Numbered from the stretch's first letter, positions 10,683 to 21,091 are shown. The stretch: DNA of 49,579 nt from Pseudomonadota bacterium (GCA_034439715.1 JAWXAY010000072.1:1-49579); one strand, 5' to 3'. The notes: generated by a model not told the origin, from the letters alone. A program made the numbers and translations.

Positions 10683-11191
10683 GTTTGTACGGTGATTTCA
10701 ATAAAGAATTTACCGGTAGTACAGGTAAAGGGAATCACGAGCGTTGCTCCCGTATGAAAACTTTTGATTCTCGCTTTACCCATGACAACCGTAGGAATGG
10801 CCATTTCAAAGCCATAGCCCATTTCGTTGAGGGCAGTTTTTGCACACCCGTATATCATATTGGTGAGTTCTCCGACAGCGTCCGCCACTTGATCGTTGAG
10901 CTCTGTATATTTCTCGCCGAGCATGTTTTCTAATATTTGAAAGACGGCCTCTTTTTCAAAACTAATTGTGAGGGTGCCTTTCATCGTCCCTGCCACCATA
11001 CCGATGAGGCCAGCCACATCTCCTTTGGTCGAAAATTCCTTTTCAATTGTCGGCGCGCCAGTTGTTGTTTCAGTCGATGCCATTGTGGCAAGGGTTCTCG
11101 TGACGCCATCAACAAAGGCATTAATAAGCTTTCTGTCGAGTAGTGGATTCGTATTTACGTTTGGTGCTGCACCCATAGTTTTCCCCTTCAT
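10679..11191 (-). CDS. cheX: Chemotaxis phosphatase CheX (copy 1)
   Basis: DVAGLIG, DAVGELTNMIYG (ExxN catalytic motif), MAIPTVV. Confidence 0.92.
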   Translation of the reverse strand: MKGKTMGAAPNVNTNPLLDRKLINAFVDGVTRTLATMASTETTTGAPTIEKEFSTKGDVAGLIGMVAGTMKGTLTISFEKEAVFQILENMLGEKYTELNDQVADAVGELTNMIYGCAKTALNEMGYGFEMAIPTVVMGKARIKSFHTGATLVIPFTCTTGKFFIEITVQT

Positions 11192-11202
11192 ATTCTCTAA
11201 AA

Positions 11203-11607
11203 TTAGGCTGCGTGCTTTTTGTACATGTTAGTTAATTTTGTTTTCAATGTAGCTGCATTAAAGGGTTTGACAACATAGTCTGAAACCCCTGCTTTCGCGG
11301 CCTCGATAATATTATTCTGTTCGCTTTCAGCAGTAACCATCATAAACGGAGTGCCCTTTAGTTGGGGATCCAACTTACAAGCCTTCAACAAATCAATTCC
11401 AGCAAGACCGGGCATGTTCCAGTCAGAAATAATTACTTGATAGGGAGAACCTTCGTTTGCGGCGGATTTTAGCATGGGGAGTGCTGTTTTACCGTCATCG
11501 GCTTCTTGGACGTTTTTAAACCCAAGTTCTGCTAGCACTTTTTTGATGATTTTTCGCATAGTTGCAAAATCATCAATCACCAAGAATTTCGTTTCAGGCG
11601 CGAACAT
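11203..11607 (-). CDS. cheY: Chemotaxis response regulator CheY (copy 1)
   Basis: LVIDDFATMRKI, ISDWNMP, VTAE, YVVKPF. Confidence 0.92.
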   Translation of the reverse strand: MFAPETKFLVIDDFATMRKIIKKVLAELGFKNVQEADDGKTALPMLKSAANEGSPYQVIISDWNMPGLAGIDLLKACKLDPQLKGTPFMMVTAESEQNNIIEAAKAGVSDYVVKPFNAATLKTKLTNMYKKHAA

Positions 11608-11648
11608 ATGCGGCTCCTTTTTAAACTATTAACCGACCATCTGTTTAT

Positions 11649-11675
11649 TTATCGGTCCAGTTTTCTTAAACTAGA
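11649..11675 (-). promoter_or_regulatory. Sigma28 (FliA)-type promoter for cheY1-cheX1-HD-GYP
   Basis: Minus strand TCTAGTTT-N11-ACCGATAA versus consensus TAAAGTTT-N11-GCCGATAA, about 40 nt upstream of the cheY ATG. Confidence 0.72.
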
Positions 11676-11815
11676 GTCCAAACCACTTGAAATCTCAAAA
11701 ATATACTGTCAGACTTTAATACAGGAAGACCCATAGTTTGGCAGGAAGCCAATACTAAAGTGGGACGACCTGAACGTAAGTATTATTAACTTTCATTAAC
11801 GTGGGAGGAGCAAGG

Positions 11816-12202
11816 ATGCTCAGAGATGCCCTTTTACAAAAAGGTTTATCAAACAGAGAAGCTGAAGTCGCAGAGTTAGTCTCAAAAGGACTCTCTAACA
11901 AAGAAGTGGCCAATCAGTTATTTGTAACCGAGAAAACCGTAAAATTTCATTTAACGAACATTTATAAAAAAATGAGCGTTAAATCACGTGCGCAACTTAT
12001 CGTATGGTGTTTACCTCATTTGGGTTTTGCTGAGAGTGAGACTCGTCAGGCTCAAAATGAGATCAAAGCAAACAGTCCAGCGGCAAGCAGTAGCGTGGCC
12101 ACTATGCCGATCGGCAATACAACTGTAGCAGGAACAGCTATCAATCCAAATGATAACAAACCTGGTTCAGGAAATTCCGACATTGGCGCATTCGGTATTT
12201 AA
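11816..12202 (+). CDS. Stand-alone LuxR/GerE-type HTH transcriptional regulator
   Basis: LSNREAEVAELVSKGLSNKEVANQLFVTEKTVKFHLTNIYKKMSVKSRAQL; GGAGG SD before the ATG at 11816; low-complexity C-terminal tail. Confidence 0.9.
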   Translation: MLRDALLQKGLSNREAEVAELVSKGLSNKEVANQLFVTEKTVKFHLTNIYKKMSVKSRAQLIVWCLPHLGFAESETRQAQNEIKANSPAASSSVATMPIGNTTVAGTAINPNDNKPGSGNSDIGAFGI

Positions 12203-12244
12203 TTTAGTATTTTGAATCCAACCCTCCAGGGATAAAAAATTAAA

Positions 12245-12270
12245 ATGACTGAGGTTTTTGCCTCAGTCAT
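12245..12270 (-). terminator. Intrinsic terminator hairpin between convergent luxR and hflX
   Basis: Perfect 10-bp stem ATGACTGAGG-N6-CCTCAGTCAT; T-rich tract (TTTAATTTTTT) follows on the minus strand. Confidence 0.8.
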
Positions 12271-12277
12271 GTTCTAT

Positions 12278-13549
12278 TTAGGGCTTCTTTACCAAGTATT
12301 CTTTCCATGGCGAAAGATTACGACTCTCCATCGACACCACACAAAGCGTTCCTTGCGAGCCCGGTTCTGATTTGATGATATTTGCGTCGCGGGCTAAGTC
12401 ATAAATTTTGTGCTCGTCTAATTTTGGAATAAAAAGTTCAAACTGTGTTTTGAGTGTATCTAGAAGTGTGATCATCGACTTTTTAAGATTTTCAATTCCT
12501 TCTCCGGTTAGGGCGCTAACAAAAACTCTCGGGAATAAACTAACCTTCATTTGTTCTGCAATGCTAGCCACATCGCATTTATTAAAAACATACAAGATGG
12601 GTTTACTGTCCCAGCCAAACTTCACGATGAGTTCGCTCACAACTTGAATTTGTTTGTCTCGGTTGGGGCTGGCCAGGTCAATTAAGTGAATTAAAGCGTC
12701 GGCGTCAGATGTTTCTTCAAGAGTTGCTTGAAAGGCATCCAAAAGTTGAGGTGGCAGATTTCGAATAAAACCCACTGTATCGGTTAATAGTGCCGACTGA
12801 TATTCAGAAAGATAAACTTTTCGCGTTGTTGGATCAAGAGTGGAAAAAGGCATGTTTTTGGTTAGTACCGCTGAATTAGTTAAAAGATTTAAGAGAGTAC
12901 TTTTGCCGGTATTGGTGTATCCGAGCAGCGCAAAGCGGGGAACCTCGCGCCTTTTTCGGGATTCTCGGTGCAAGTTTCGGTGCTTTTTTACTTCCTCAAG
13001 TTCTTTGCGAATTTGACTGATGCGAAAGCGCATGTTTCGGCGATCGGTTTCAAGTGCCTTTTCGCCAGGGCCCCTGGTGCCAATTCCTGCGCCAGGTCGT
13101 GAGTGACTCTGGTGCCAAGCTCCAACCATGCGAGGCATCTGGTCTAAAAGTTGAGCGAGTTCCACTTGAAGTTTGCCTTCGTAAGATTTTGCGCGCTTTG
13201 CGAAAATATGCAGAATCAATTGATGCCGATCAATAACGGGAACTTTAAATGTCTCCTCGAGATTTCTGACCTGAACGCCTGAGAGATGGTGATCGACTAC
13301 GACGAGGGAGGTTTTTGTCTCGGCCACAGTCTCGGCGATCTCTATGACTTTACCTTTACCAATTAGGGTGGCCGGATTCCAACCCGAAACAATTTGCGTG
13401 ATTGAGCCTATAACCTCGCAACCAGCAGAGATAGCCAGTTCTTCAAGTTCCCAAAGGCTTTCCTTGACCTCGGTAATAGGGTCAGACTTTAGACCCATCC
13501 CCACTAAAAAGGCGCGCTCAAATTCATTTTTTATGATCTGACTTGTCAG
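12278..13549 (-). CDS. hflX: GTPase HflX
   Basis: IFAKRAKSYEGKLQVELAQL, GIGTRGPGEKALETDRR, GYTNTGKST, FSTLDPT, DTVGFI, NKCD. The ORF track starts at GTG 13504, but conserved ERAFLVG extends in frame to a CTG at 13549 that has an SD. Confidence 0.95.
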   Translation of the reverse strand: MTSQIIKNEFERAFLVGMGLKSDPITEVKESLWELEELAISAGCEVIGSITQIVSGWNPATLIGKGKVIEIAETVAETKTSLVVVDHHLSGVQVRNLEETFKVPVIDRHQLILHIFAKRAKSYEGKLQVELAQLLDQMPRMVGAWHQSHSRPGAGIGTRGPGEKALETDRRNMRFRISQIRKELEEVKKHRNLHRESRKRREVPRFALLGYTNTGKSTLLNLLTNSAVLTKNMPFSTLDPTTRKVYLSEYQSALLTDTVGFIRNLPPQLLDAFQATLEETSDADALIHLIDLASPNRDKQIQVVSELIVKFGWDSKPILYVFNKCDVASIAEQMKVSLFPRVFVSALTGEGIENLKKSMITLLDTLKTQFELFIPKLDEHKIYDLARDANIIKSEPGSQGTLCVVSMESRNLSPWKEYLVKKP

Positions 13550-15824
13550 AGCCTAATATCTCCTTAAAAGTTTGAATTTGTAGTGCCGTTAAAACCACCG
13601 TATTAAAAATATCTTCTACGCTGCAAGTTCGTTGTACGATGTGAGCCGGTTTTTTGATTCCCATTAAAAAAGGTCCAAAAACTTCGCCGCCTGCAAGTTG
13701 TTGCACTAGCTTATAGGCAATATTACCAGAATCTAAATTAGGAAAAATTAAAATGTTGGCGCCGCCCTTTAATTCACTAAACGGAAAAAGTGTTTCTAAA
13801 ATTTCGGAGTTAACGGCTGTGTCGGCTTGCATTTCGCCATCTACGATCATATCAGGAAAGCGCCTCTTAATGATTTGCACAGCTTCTTGCATTTTTTTAG
13901 GATTCTCAAATTTACTTGTAAAGTTAGTGTAGCTGAGCATGGCAATACGTGGTTTTACTTTAAAAAATCCGGCAATCTTTGAAGCATGTATAGCAATGGT
14001 GGCAATTTGCTCAGCCGTCGGATTGATGTTCATCGTAGTATCCGCGAAAAATAGCATGCGATTTTTAACGAGCACAATGTTCATACCCGAGGCGACCCTC
14101 TTCGAGCCAATCACATCTAAAATGGGCTTTACCGCATCGGCATAATTTTGGGTCGAGCCTGATACAAAACCGTCAGCATGACCTGTGCGAAGCATCATTG
14201 CCGCATAATAATTCGAATCAAAAATTCGGCGCTCAGCCTCTTGAAAGAGTACGCCTTTGCGATGGTGACTTTCATAGTAGGTATTGACCATTTCATTAAA
14301 TCGCGAGTCCTTGGCCGGGTCGACTATCTCAATGTCCTTTAGCGCCGGCAGATCCAATTCTTTTATTTTTTTGTGAATTCGTTCTTCGTAGCCAACAAGA
14401 ATGGGTCGAACTAATTTTTCGTAGGATAACATTTGAATGGCACGTAAAACTTTCTCACTTCTGGCTTCCGGAAAAACAATGCGGGGAATGATATTATCTT
14501 GAGATTGCACTCTGTCTTTTACTCTATGAATGATATTTCTAATAAAGCCTCGACCTGAACTTTGGATCGAAGCTAAGCGATCTTCGTAGGCCGAAAAATC
14601 AGTAATGGGATTAAGTGCAACACCATCTTTTATGGCAGCTTTGGCGACAGCCGGGGCAACCTTGAGTAAGACTCTCTGATCAAATGGTTTTGGAATAATA
14701 TAGTTAGGACCAAAACGAAATGAGGTGCCCCGGTAGGCACGTGCGACTGAGTCAGGGACATCCTCACGCGCCAAATTTGCCAATGCGTGAACAGCTGCGA
14801 GTTTCATGTTTTCAGTAATTGTGGTTGCTCTGACATCAAGTGCTCCTCTAAAAATAGAAGGAAAGCCCAAGACATTATTAACTTGGTTGGGAAAGTCGCT
14901 TCGCCCTGTGGCCATTATAACATCATCGCGCACGGCTTTTGCCTGAGGTGGAAGAATTTCTGGCTCGGGATTAGCCATGGCAAAAACAATCGGATTGGAA
15001 TTCATTTTTTTTAACATATCGGGAGTTAGAGCACCAGCGACACTTAATCCTACAAAAGCGTCAGCACCAGTCAGGGCCTCGGACAGAGAGCGTAATTTAG
15101 TGTCGAGTGCAAACTCCTCTTTGTATTCATTCATGCCATCCTTACGTCCCTTATAGAGCAAGCCCTTGGTATCGCACATCATGATATTTTTTTTCGGTAC
15201 ACCCAACTGAGTAAAAATTCGCGCGCAAGAAATAGCGGCCGCGCCCGCTCCATTGACGACGATTTTAACATCTTCGAGACGGCGCTTGGTAATAAGACAA
15301 GCATTGATGAGGGCCGCGCCACAAATGATAGATGTTCCGTGTTGGTCGTCATGAAAGACGGGAATTTTCATTTCTTCGCGTAAGCGTTTTTCAATGATAA
15401 AACATTCAGGCGCCTTAATATCTTCAAGGTTAATTCCACCAAATGTGGGCTCGAGTGCTTTTACCGTTTGAATAAATTTTTCGGGATCTTTGGCGTCTAT
15501 TTCAATGTCAAAGACATTGATATCCGCAAATAGCTTGAACAAAACACCTTTGCCCTCCATCACGGGCTTACCGGCCAAAGGTCCAATATCACCGAGGCCG
15601 AGGACCGCAGTGCCATTGGTAATAACTCCCACAAGATTGCCTTTCGTAGTGTAGTCGTAGGCTCTTTCTGGATTTTTGGCGATTTCTATACAGGGTTCCG
15701 CAACGCCAGGAGAATAGGCTAAAGAGAGGTCTTTTTCGGTCAGGCAAGGTTTGCTAGACACCACATCGACCTTTCCCGGTCTAGGAAGTGAGTGATATTC
15801 AAGCGCTTCTTTTTTAAAGTCCAT
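13524..15824 (-). CDS. maeB: NADP-dependent malic enzyme with C-terminal PTA-like domain
   Basis: [60 protein letters not shown]-like DGEMQAD and [11 protein letters not shown]. Likely start is ATG 15824 (ORF open from 15860). Confidence 0.96.
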   Translation of the reverse strand: MDFKKEALEYHSLPRPGKVDVVSSKPCLTEKDLSLAYSPGVAEPCIEIAKNPERAYDYTTKGNLVGVITNGTAVLGLGDIGPLAGKPVMEGKGVLFKLFADINVFDIEIDAKDPEKFIQTVKALEPTFGGINLEDIKAPECFIIEKRLREEMKIPVFHDDQHGTSIICGAALINACLITKRRLEDVKIVVNGAGAAAISCARIFTQLGVPKKNIMMCDTKGLLYKGRKDGMNEYKEEFALDTKLRSLSEALTGADAFVGLSVAGALTPDMLKKMNSNPIVFAMANPEPEILPPQAKAVRDDVIMATGRSDFPNQVNNVLGFPSIFRGALDVRATTITENMKLAAVHALANLAREDVPDSVARAYRGTSFRFGPNYIIPKPFDQRVLLKVAPAVAKAAIKDGVALNPITDFSAYEDRLASIQSSGRGFIRNIIHRVKDRVQSQDNIIPRIVFPEARSEKVLRAIQMLSYEKLVRPILVGYEERIHKKIKELDLPALKDIEIVDPAKDSRFNEMVNTYYESHHRKGVLFQEAERRIFDSNYYAAMMLRTGHADGFVSGSTQNYADAVKPILDVIGSKRVASGMNIVLVKNRMLFFADTTMNINPTAEQIATIAIHASKIAGFFKVKPRIAMLSYTNFTSKFENPKKMQEAVQIIKRRFPDMIVDGEMQADTAVNSEILETLFPFSELKGGANILIFPNLDSGNIAYKLVQQLAGGEVFGPFLMGIKKPAHIVQRTCSVEDIFNTVVLTALQIQTFKEILGSDKSDHKK

Positions 15825-15950
15825 TGTCCTTAAGTTTAGGTCATGTAGGTCGGCTGTCAACTAATGCATTGTAGCAGTATGGGATAAACCTACACTTTGC
15901 CTATGTGTGATTAGTAATATGTTTGGGGTTCATTGTTTGGGGGATAAGCT

Positions 15951-17249
15951 ATGAGTAGTTCTAGAGATGTTGTTATTGTGGGGGGAGCCAGAACTCCATT
16001 AGTAAAGTCGGGACTCAATTTTAAAGAAGTTCACGCCGCAGAACTGGGAAGAGTCGCCATGAAAGAGGCCATCGCCCGTTCCAACATCAACGTTAATGAC
16101 GTCGATGAAGTTATTATTGGCAATGCGGGGAATCCCTCGGACGCTGTCAACATCTCGCGTGTCGTCGCCCTAAACTCAGGCATTCCACTAAAAGTTCCGG
16201 CCTTTACCGTTCATCGAAATTGCGCCTCAGCTTTAGAGTCAATTTCTTCGGGTTATGAGAGAATTAAATCAGGATCTGCAAATTTGGTTATAGCTGGTGG
16301 CACCGAGAGCATGTCGCAAATGCCACTGATTTTTTCGAAAAAATTTGCCGATTGGTTTGGAAAGTTAGCAGGTGCAAAAACTCTTGGTCAAAAGCTGGCA
16401 CTTTTAACCAAGTTTCAGTTTAATTACTTAATGCCTAAAATTGCTATTATGGAAGGATTGCGGGATCCCTTCACCGGTATGATGATGGGTGATACTGCCG
16501 AAATTTTAGCTAAAGAATATGGCATTAGCCGTAAGCAGCAAGATGAGTTTGCGCTTAACAGCCACCTAAAAGCGGTCACCGCCTTCAAGACAGGAAAGCA
16601 TAAAGAGGAAATCACTCCCGTTTTTATACCGCCGAAGTTTGCAGAAGTAGTAGCTGGTGATATTGGCCCGAGAGAGGAGCAGAGTCTTGCGGCTTTGGCC
16701 AAACTCAAGCCTTATTTTGATCGAAATACGGGAACTGTGACTGTGGGTAACGCTTGTCCGATCACAGATGGCGCTGCCATGGTGGTTCTGATGAGCCGTG
16801 AAAAGGCACAGGCAGAAGGTTTAAAGCCGATCGTGTCGATTCGCTCCTATGCCTTTGCGGGTTTAGAACCTGAAAGGATGGGTTTGGGACCTGCTTACTC
16901 GACGCCCGTTGCACTAAAAAAAGCGGGAATTAATTTAAAAGATATTGGTCTTATCGAACTTAACGAAGCATTTGCCGCGCAGGTAATTGCTTGCACGATG
17001 GCACTCGGTAGCAATAAGTTTGCGCAAGAAAAACTGGGGATGTCGAATGCGGTGGGAGAAATAGATCCCGCCCAGCTCAATGTTAATGGAGGCGCGATTG
17101 CCTTGGGTCATCCAGTAGGAGCGACAGGCACGCGGCTTGTCCTTACTTTGATGCTTGAAATGCAAAGACGAAGCACACAGTTTGGTTTGGCAACCCTCTG
17201 CATTGGCGGCGGACAGGGTGGCGCTATGATTTTAGAAAGAGAGGCCTGA
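15951..17249 (+). CDS. Acetyl-CoA C-acyltransferase (thiolase, FadI/FadA type)
   Basis: TVHRNCASA (catalytic Cys), NEAFAAQ, NVNGGAIALGHPVGATG, CIGGGQG; directly upstream of the hydratase/dehydrogenase gene. Confidence 0.95.
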   Translation: MSSSRDVVIVGGARTPLVKSGLNFKEVHAAELGRVAMKEAIARSNINVNDVDEVIIGNAGNPSDAVNISRVVALNSGIPLKVPAFTVHRNCASALESISSGYERIKSGSANLVIAGGTESMSQMPLIFSKKFADWFGKLAGAKTLGQKLALLTKFQFNYLMPKIAIMEGLRDPFTGMMMGDTAEILAKEYGISRKQQDEFALNSHLKAVTAFKTGKHKEEITPVFIPPKFAEVVAGDIGPREEQSLAALAKLKPYFDRNTGTVTVGNACPITDGAAMVVLMSREKAQAEGLKPIVSIRSYAFAGLEPERMGLGPAYSTPVALKKAGINLKDIGLIELNEAFAAQVIACTMALGSNKFAQEKLGMSNAVGEIDPAQLNVNGGAIALGHPVGATGTRLVLTLMLEMQRRSTQFGLATLCIGGGQGGAMILEREA

Positions 17250-17250
17250 A

Positions 17251-19389
17251 ATGTCAGCGCAAGAAAGTATCCGTCTTGTTGATCGAGGGGATATCGGCTT
17301 TATCGAATTCGACATGGTGGGCGAAAAGGTAAATAAGTTATCAAGTCCTATCATGGCGCGTTTTAAAGAAGTCATCGAAGAAGTGTCGAGGTCTCAGTTT
17401 AAAGCGGTGATTCTAATTTCTCGAAAACCAAATATTTTTATTGCTGGCGCGGATATCGAAGAAATAAAAACCATGAAGGGTCGCGAAAATATTTTTAAAA
17501 TTGTATCGAACGGACAAAAAATCTTAAATCAGCTAGAGGATTTAAAAATTCCCACTATTGTGGCCATTCATGGCGCTTGTATGGGAGGGGGTTGCGAAAT
17601 AGCTTTGGCTTGCGACTACCGAATTGCCAGTGATGTTCCTGCCACAAGAATTGGACTTCCCGAAATTAAATTGGGAATCATGCCGGGCTTTGGAGGTTGC
17701 GTTCGCTTGCCCAAAGTTATTGGCGTGCAAAATGCTCTTGATATCATTTTAGCTGGTAAAGCAGTCAATGCCACTAAGGCAGAAAAAATTGGTCTTATTG
17801 ATAAAAAAGTCCATCCCGGTATTCTTGAAGAAAAAGCTATTGAAATGGCACGTGAAATTATCGAACGAGGCGGAGCTAAAAGAAAAAAGCGCTATAAGGC
17901 CAAAAACCTAACTAATAAATTATTAGAGTCCTATTTGGGCAATAAGCTGGTTTTCTTTCAGGCTTTAAAAATGACTAAGTCTTTTACTCGAGGGCACTAT
18001 CCGGCCCCCCTAAAGGCTCTTGAAGTTATTAAAAAAACTCTCTGTAAGAATCGAGATGAAGCCTTGATTATAGAGGCCAATGCCTTTGCCGAACTTGCCG
18101 AAACCGACGTTTCTAAGAATCTCATTCATGTCTTTTTTCTTTCAGAGTCAGTAAAAAAACAGTCGGGAATAGCTAATCGCGAAATTAAACCTCGTGCAGT
18201 CAAATCAATGGCAGTTCTTGGTGCTGGCACCATGGGTGGCGGAATTGCTTATGTGGCTGCCTCGGGGGCAATTGATGTTCGCTTGAAAGATATTAGCTCA
18301 GATGCATTGGCCAAAGGTTTTCAAGCAGCTTCTAAACTGTGGAGCAAGGAGCTAGAAAAAAAGCGCATTGATAGATATCAGATGGGACGTAACCTCGCCC
18401 GCTTATCTTCGACTTTTGATTTTTCAGGCTTTGGCCAGCTCGATGTTGTCATAGAAGCCATAGTCGAAGATATGAATATTAAGAAAAAAGTGATTCTTGA
18501 GACGGCAAAACATTGCAATCCCAACTGCATTTTTGCGACTAATACCTCGTCTTTAAGTGTTTCAGAAATGGGAGAGGCACACCCTCATCCAGAAAATTTT
18601 ATCGGCATGCACTTTTTTAACCCCGTTGATAAAATGCCTTTGGTTGAAGTTATTCGTGGCGCAAAGACAAGTGATGAGGTTGTGGCGACGGTTTTTGATC
18701 TTTGTAAAAAGTTGGGTAAGATTCCGGTAGTAGTTAAGGATGGCCCAGGGTTTTTGGTGAATCGCCTGCTGATGCCTTGGCTGTCTGAAGCGCTTTTCTT
18801 TTTGTCAGACGGCATGGATATCGTCAAGGTCGATCGGATTTACACTCACAAATTTGGCATGCCTATGGGGCCATTTCATTTAATTGATGAGATTGGCCTT
18901 GATGTCTGCCTTAAGGTATTAAAGATTTTTAATAAAGCTATAGGTGATCGCGCTGAGTTGCCAAAAGTTTTTGAAAGTCTGGCGAAGACAGGGCGCCTCG
19001 GTAAAAAAGGTGGCAAGGGCTTTTATATTTATCAGGGGCGTGAAAAGAATGTTGACCCCACGATTTATACCGAACTAGGTCTAGACGCTCCGAAGGCGTC
19101 TCACGACGAAAAAGAAATAATCGAGCGTGGCATTTTTAGAATGTTGAACGAGGCTGCCATAGTTCTTAAAGACGAAAAGATTGTAGAGACTGCAGGCGAA
19201 CTTGACCTTGCTATGATTATGGGAACGGGCTTTCCACCCTTTCGTGGCGGCTTGGCGAAATACGCCGATAGTCTAGGGCCTCAATATGTGACGGACGAAC
19301 TTGAGATGATGTCTTCGAAATTTGGCCAAAGATTTAAACCTTCCCAGGCCATGGTTAACATGGCGAAATCGGGTCGGGGTTTTTATTAA
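17251..19389 (+). CDS. fadJ: Fatty-acid oxidation multifunctional enzyme (enoyl-CoA hydratase / 3-hydroxyacyl-CoA dehydrogenase, FadJ/FadB type)
   Basis: FIAGADI, GGGCEIALACDYR, GLPEIKLG, VLGAGTMGGGIA, ATNTSSL, GMHFFNPV, GTGFPPFRGG. Confidence 0.92.
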   Translation: MSAQESIRLVDRGDIGFIEFDMVGEKVNKLSSPIMARFKEVIEEVSRSQFKAVILISRKPNIFIAGADIEEIKTMKGRENIFKIVSNGQKILNQLEDLKIPTIVAIHGACMGGGCEIALACDYRIASDVPATRIGLPEIKLGIMPGFGGCVRLPKVIGVQNALDIILAGKAVNATKAEKIGLIDKKVHPGILEEKAIEMAREIIERGGAKRKKRYKAKNLTNKLLESYLGNKLVFFQALKMTKSFTRGHYPAPLKALEVIKKTLCKNRDEALIIEANAFAELAETDVSKNLIHVFFLSESVKKQSGIANREIKPRAVKSMAVLGAGTMGGGIAYVAASGAIDVRLKDISSDALAKGFQAASKLWSKELEKKRIDRYQMGRNLARLSSTFDFSGFGQLDVVIEAIVEDMNIKKKVILETAKHCNPNCIFATNTSSLSVSEMGEAHPHPENFIGMHFFNPVDKMPLVEVIRGAKTSDEVVATVFDLCKKLGKIPVVVKDGPGFLVNRLLMPWLSEALFFLSDGMDIVKVDRIYTHKFGMPMGPFHLIDEIGLDVCLKVLKIFNKAIGDRAELPKVFESLAKTGRLGKKGGKGFYIYQGREKNVDPTIYTELGLDAPKASHDEKEIIERGIFRMLNEAAIVLKDEKIVETAGELDLAMIMGTGFPPFRGGLAKYADSLGPQYVTDELEMMSSKFGQRFKPSQAMVNMAKSGRGFY

Positions 19390-19413
19390 ACTTTTGGGGA
19401 ACTTATCCGATAT
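19387..19413 (+). promoter_or_regulatory. Sigma28 (FliA)-type promoter for cheY2-cheX2
   Basis: TAAACTTT-N11-TCCGATAT, about 46 nt upstream of ATG 19460; the -35 box overlaps the fadJ stop codon. Confidence 0.72.
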
Positions 19414-19459
19414 ATAGGTATAATTTCAGTAAAACTATTATCTACTAGAGAGGGTGCTT

Positions 19460-19873
19460 ATGTTCCCAAAAGAAACCAAGTTTTTAATTATCGATGATTT
19501 TCCGACCGTTAGAAAATTCTTGCGACTAAATTTAATGAAGTTGGGTTATAACACCATAGAGTTTGCTGAAGACGGAAACATCGCTTTTCAAAAACTATCA
19601 GAGGCTCATGATGCCACCCAGCCTTTTCAGTTTGTAATTTCTGATCTCAACATGCCTGGCTTGTCGGGCCTCGAACTTTTGAAAAAATGTAGAGACGATG
19701 CACGTTTTAGGGAACTGCCTTTTTTAATGCTGACGGCAGAACGCGGCCAAGACAAAGTTAAAAAAGCCATCGGCCTAAAAGTGAGTGATTATTTGGTGAA
19801 GCCCTTTGATGAAGTGACTTTGAAGAAAAAACTAGAGTCTATTTACGGAAAACTTTACCAAAAATCAGCCTAA
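19460..19873 (+). CDS. cheY: Chemotaxis response regulator CheY (copy 2)
   Basis: FLIIDDFPTVRK, ISDLNMP, LTAE, YLVKPF; paralogue of 11203-11607. Confidence 0.9.
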   Translation: MFPKETKFLIIDDFPTVRKFLRLNLMKLGYNTIEFAEDGNIAFQKLSEAHDATQPFQFVISDLNMPGLSGLELLKKCRDDARFRELPFLMLTAERGQDKVKKAIGLKVSDYLVKPFDEVTLKKKLESIYGKLYQKSA

Positions 19874-19883
19874 GGAAAAGAAA

Positions 19884-20402
19884 ATGACAGCGGCCAAAAA
19901 AACAGAATCGCGTGCGCTAGCATATTTTGATCCCATTTTGCTAAATGCTTTTGTTGATGGTGTCAAAGAAACTATCAAAACTTGGGCCAAAATGGACGTA
20001 GAAGTTGGGCAGCCCACATTTGAGCGTCCTTTTGAAAGTAAGGGCGATGTCGCTGGTATGGTGGGTTTAGTTTTTGGAGACTTAAAAGCCATTCTGACTA
20101 TTAGTTTTGAAAAAGAAGGTCTCTTAAAAATTCTAAGCAATATGTTTGGCGCAGCCTATACGGAACTCAATGATGAAGTCGCCGGTGCCGCTGGAGAGTT
20201 TACCAATACTATTTACGGTATTGCCATCGAAAAATTGCGTGGCAGCGAGTATGATTTTAATATGACTATTCCCAACGTTATTGTGGGCAGTTATAAAATC
20301 ACCAACGTACATAAAGGCGCTGCCGTCATTGTGCCATTTACAGTCGAAAACGCTCATTTTTTTATTGAGCTCACTGTTGAGAAACGTAGCGACCGCGGCT
20401 AG
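19884..20402 (+). CDS. cheX: Chemotaxis phosphatase CheX (copy 2)
   Basis: KGDVAGMVG, AGEFTNTIYG (ExxN), MTIPNVI; paralogue of 10679-11191. Confidence 0.9.
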   Translation: MTAAKKTESRALAYFDPILLNAFVDGVKETIKTWAKMDVEVGQPTFERPFESKGDVAGMVGLVFGDLKAILTISFEKEGLLKILSNMFGAAYTELNDEVAGAAGEFTNTIYGIAIEKLRGSEYDFNMTIPNVIVGSYKITNVHKGAAVIVPFTVENAHFFIELTVEKRSDRG

Positions 20403-20451
20403 CTCCGGGGTGGCGACAACCGCGCCCAGCCACAGGCTAGCGACAGGTGTT

Positions 20452-20943
20452 TTAATGCTCCTCACGCAAAACAATGTAACCCCGCTGGTAACGTATCATT
20501 CCTAATGCCTCTAAAGTATTTTTTACGATATAGGCTTTTACTTTATCAAATTCTTTTTTCCAAGAAGTTAAGAGCCTTGAAAATAGTAAGTATGTCCAAA
20601 ACCTTCCAAATGGTTTACCTCTTCTAGCCTTTGTTACATGACGGGCTATGAGTGCGGCAATAGTTCTAAAGAAATTTTGTAATTCCTTTCGTGTTTTTCC
20701 ACGGATTAATAAATGAAGGTGATTGCCCACAATAGCTTTTTCGTAAATGGAAATTCGGAACTTGGTGCTAAGCTTCTTAAGGCAGGCGCCTATGTAGCCT
20801 TGATGATTGAGAAGGCTGAGTTTACCCTTCGCCTTATCCGACTTTAAGACTATATGAAGTGGTTTTTTTGTGTCTAACGGTCTTATGACTTTTCGACGAT
20901 TGATTGCCAGAGAACCACCGTGCTGCAGAGTTGGTTTTTTCAT
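20452..20943 (-). mobile_element. Y1 HUH tyrosine transposase (IS200/TnpA- or RAYT-like), solo, no tnpB
   Basis: HUH motif GNHLHLLI, FW...SR, catalytic Tyr in AYIVKN, N-terminal PLHIVLK; GAGG SD. Confidence 0.8.
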
Positions 20944-21091
20944 GTTTTCCTCTTGGGTTGGGGCAGTATTGTTTAGTGTAGTTAATGCAAGGAGGGGAGC
21001 ACGGGTGGGATAGGATAAAAATGCCTTATGAGAAACTCTAAAGGTTCGAATTCGGACATGTAGGCCATTGGCGAATATTATTTGCTAGAGC

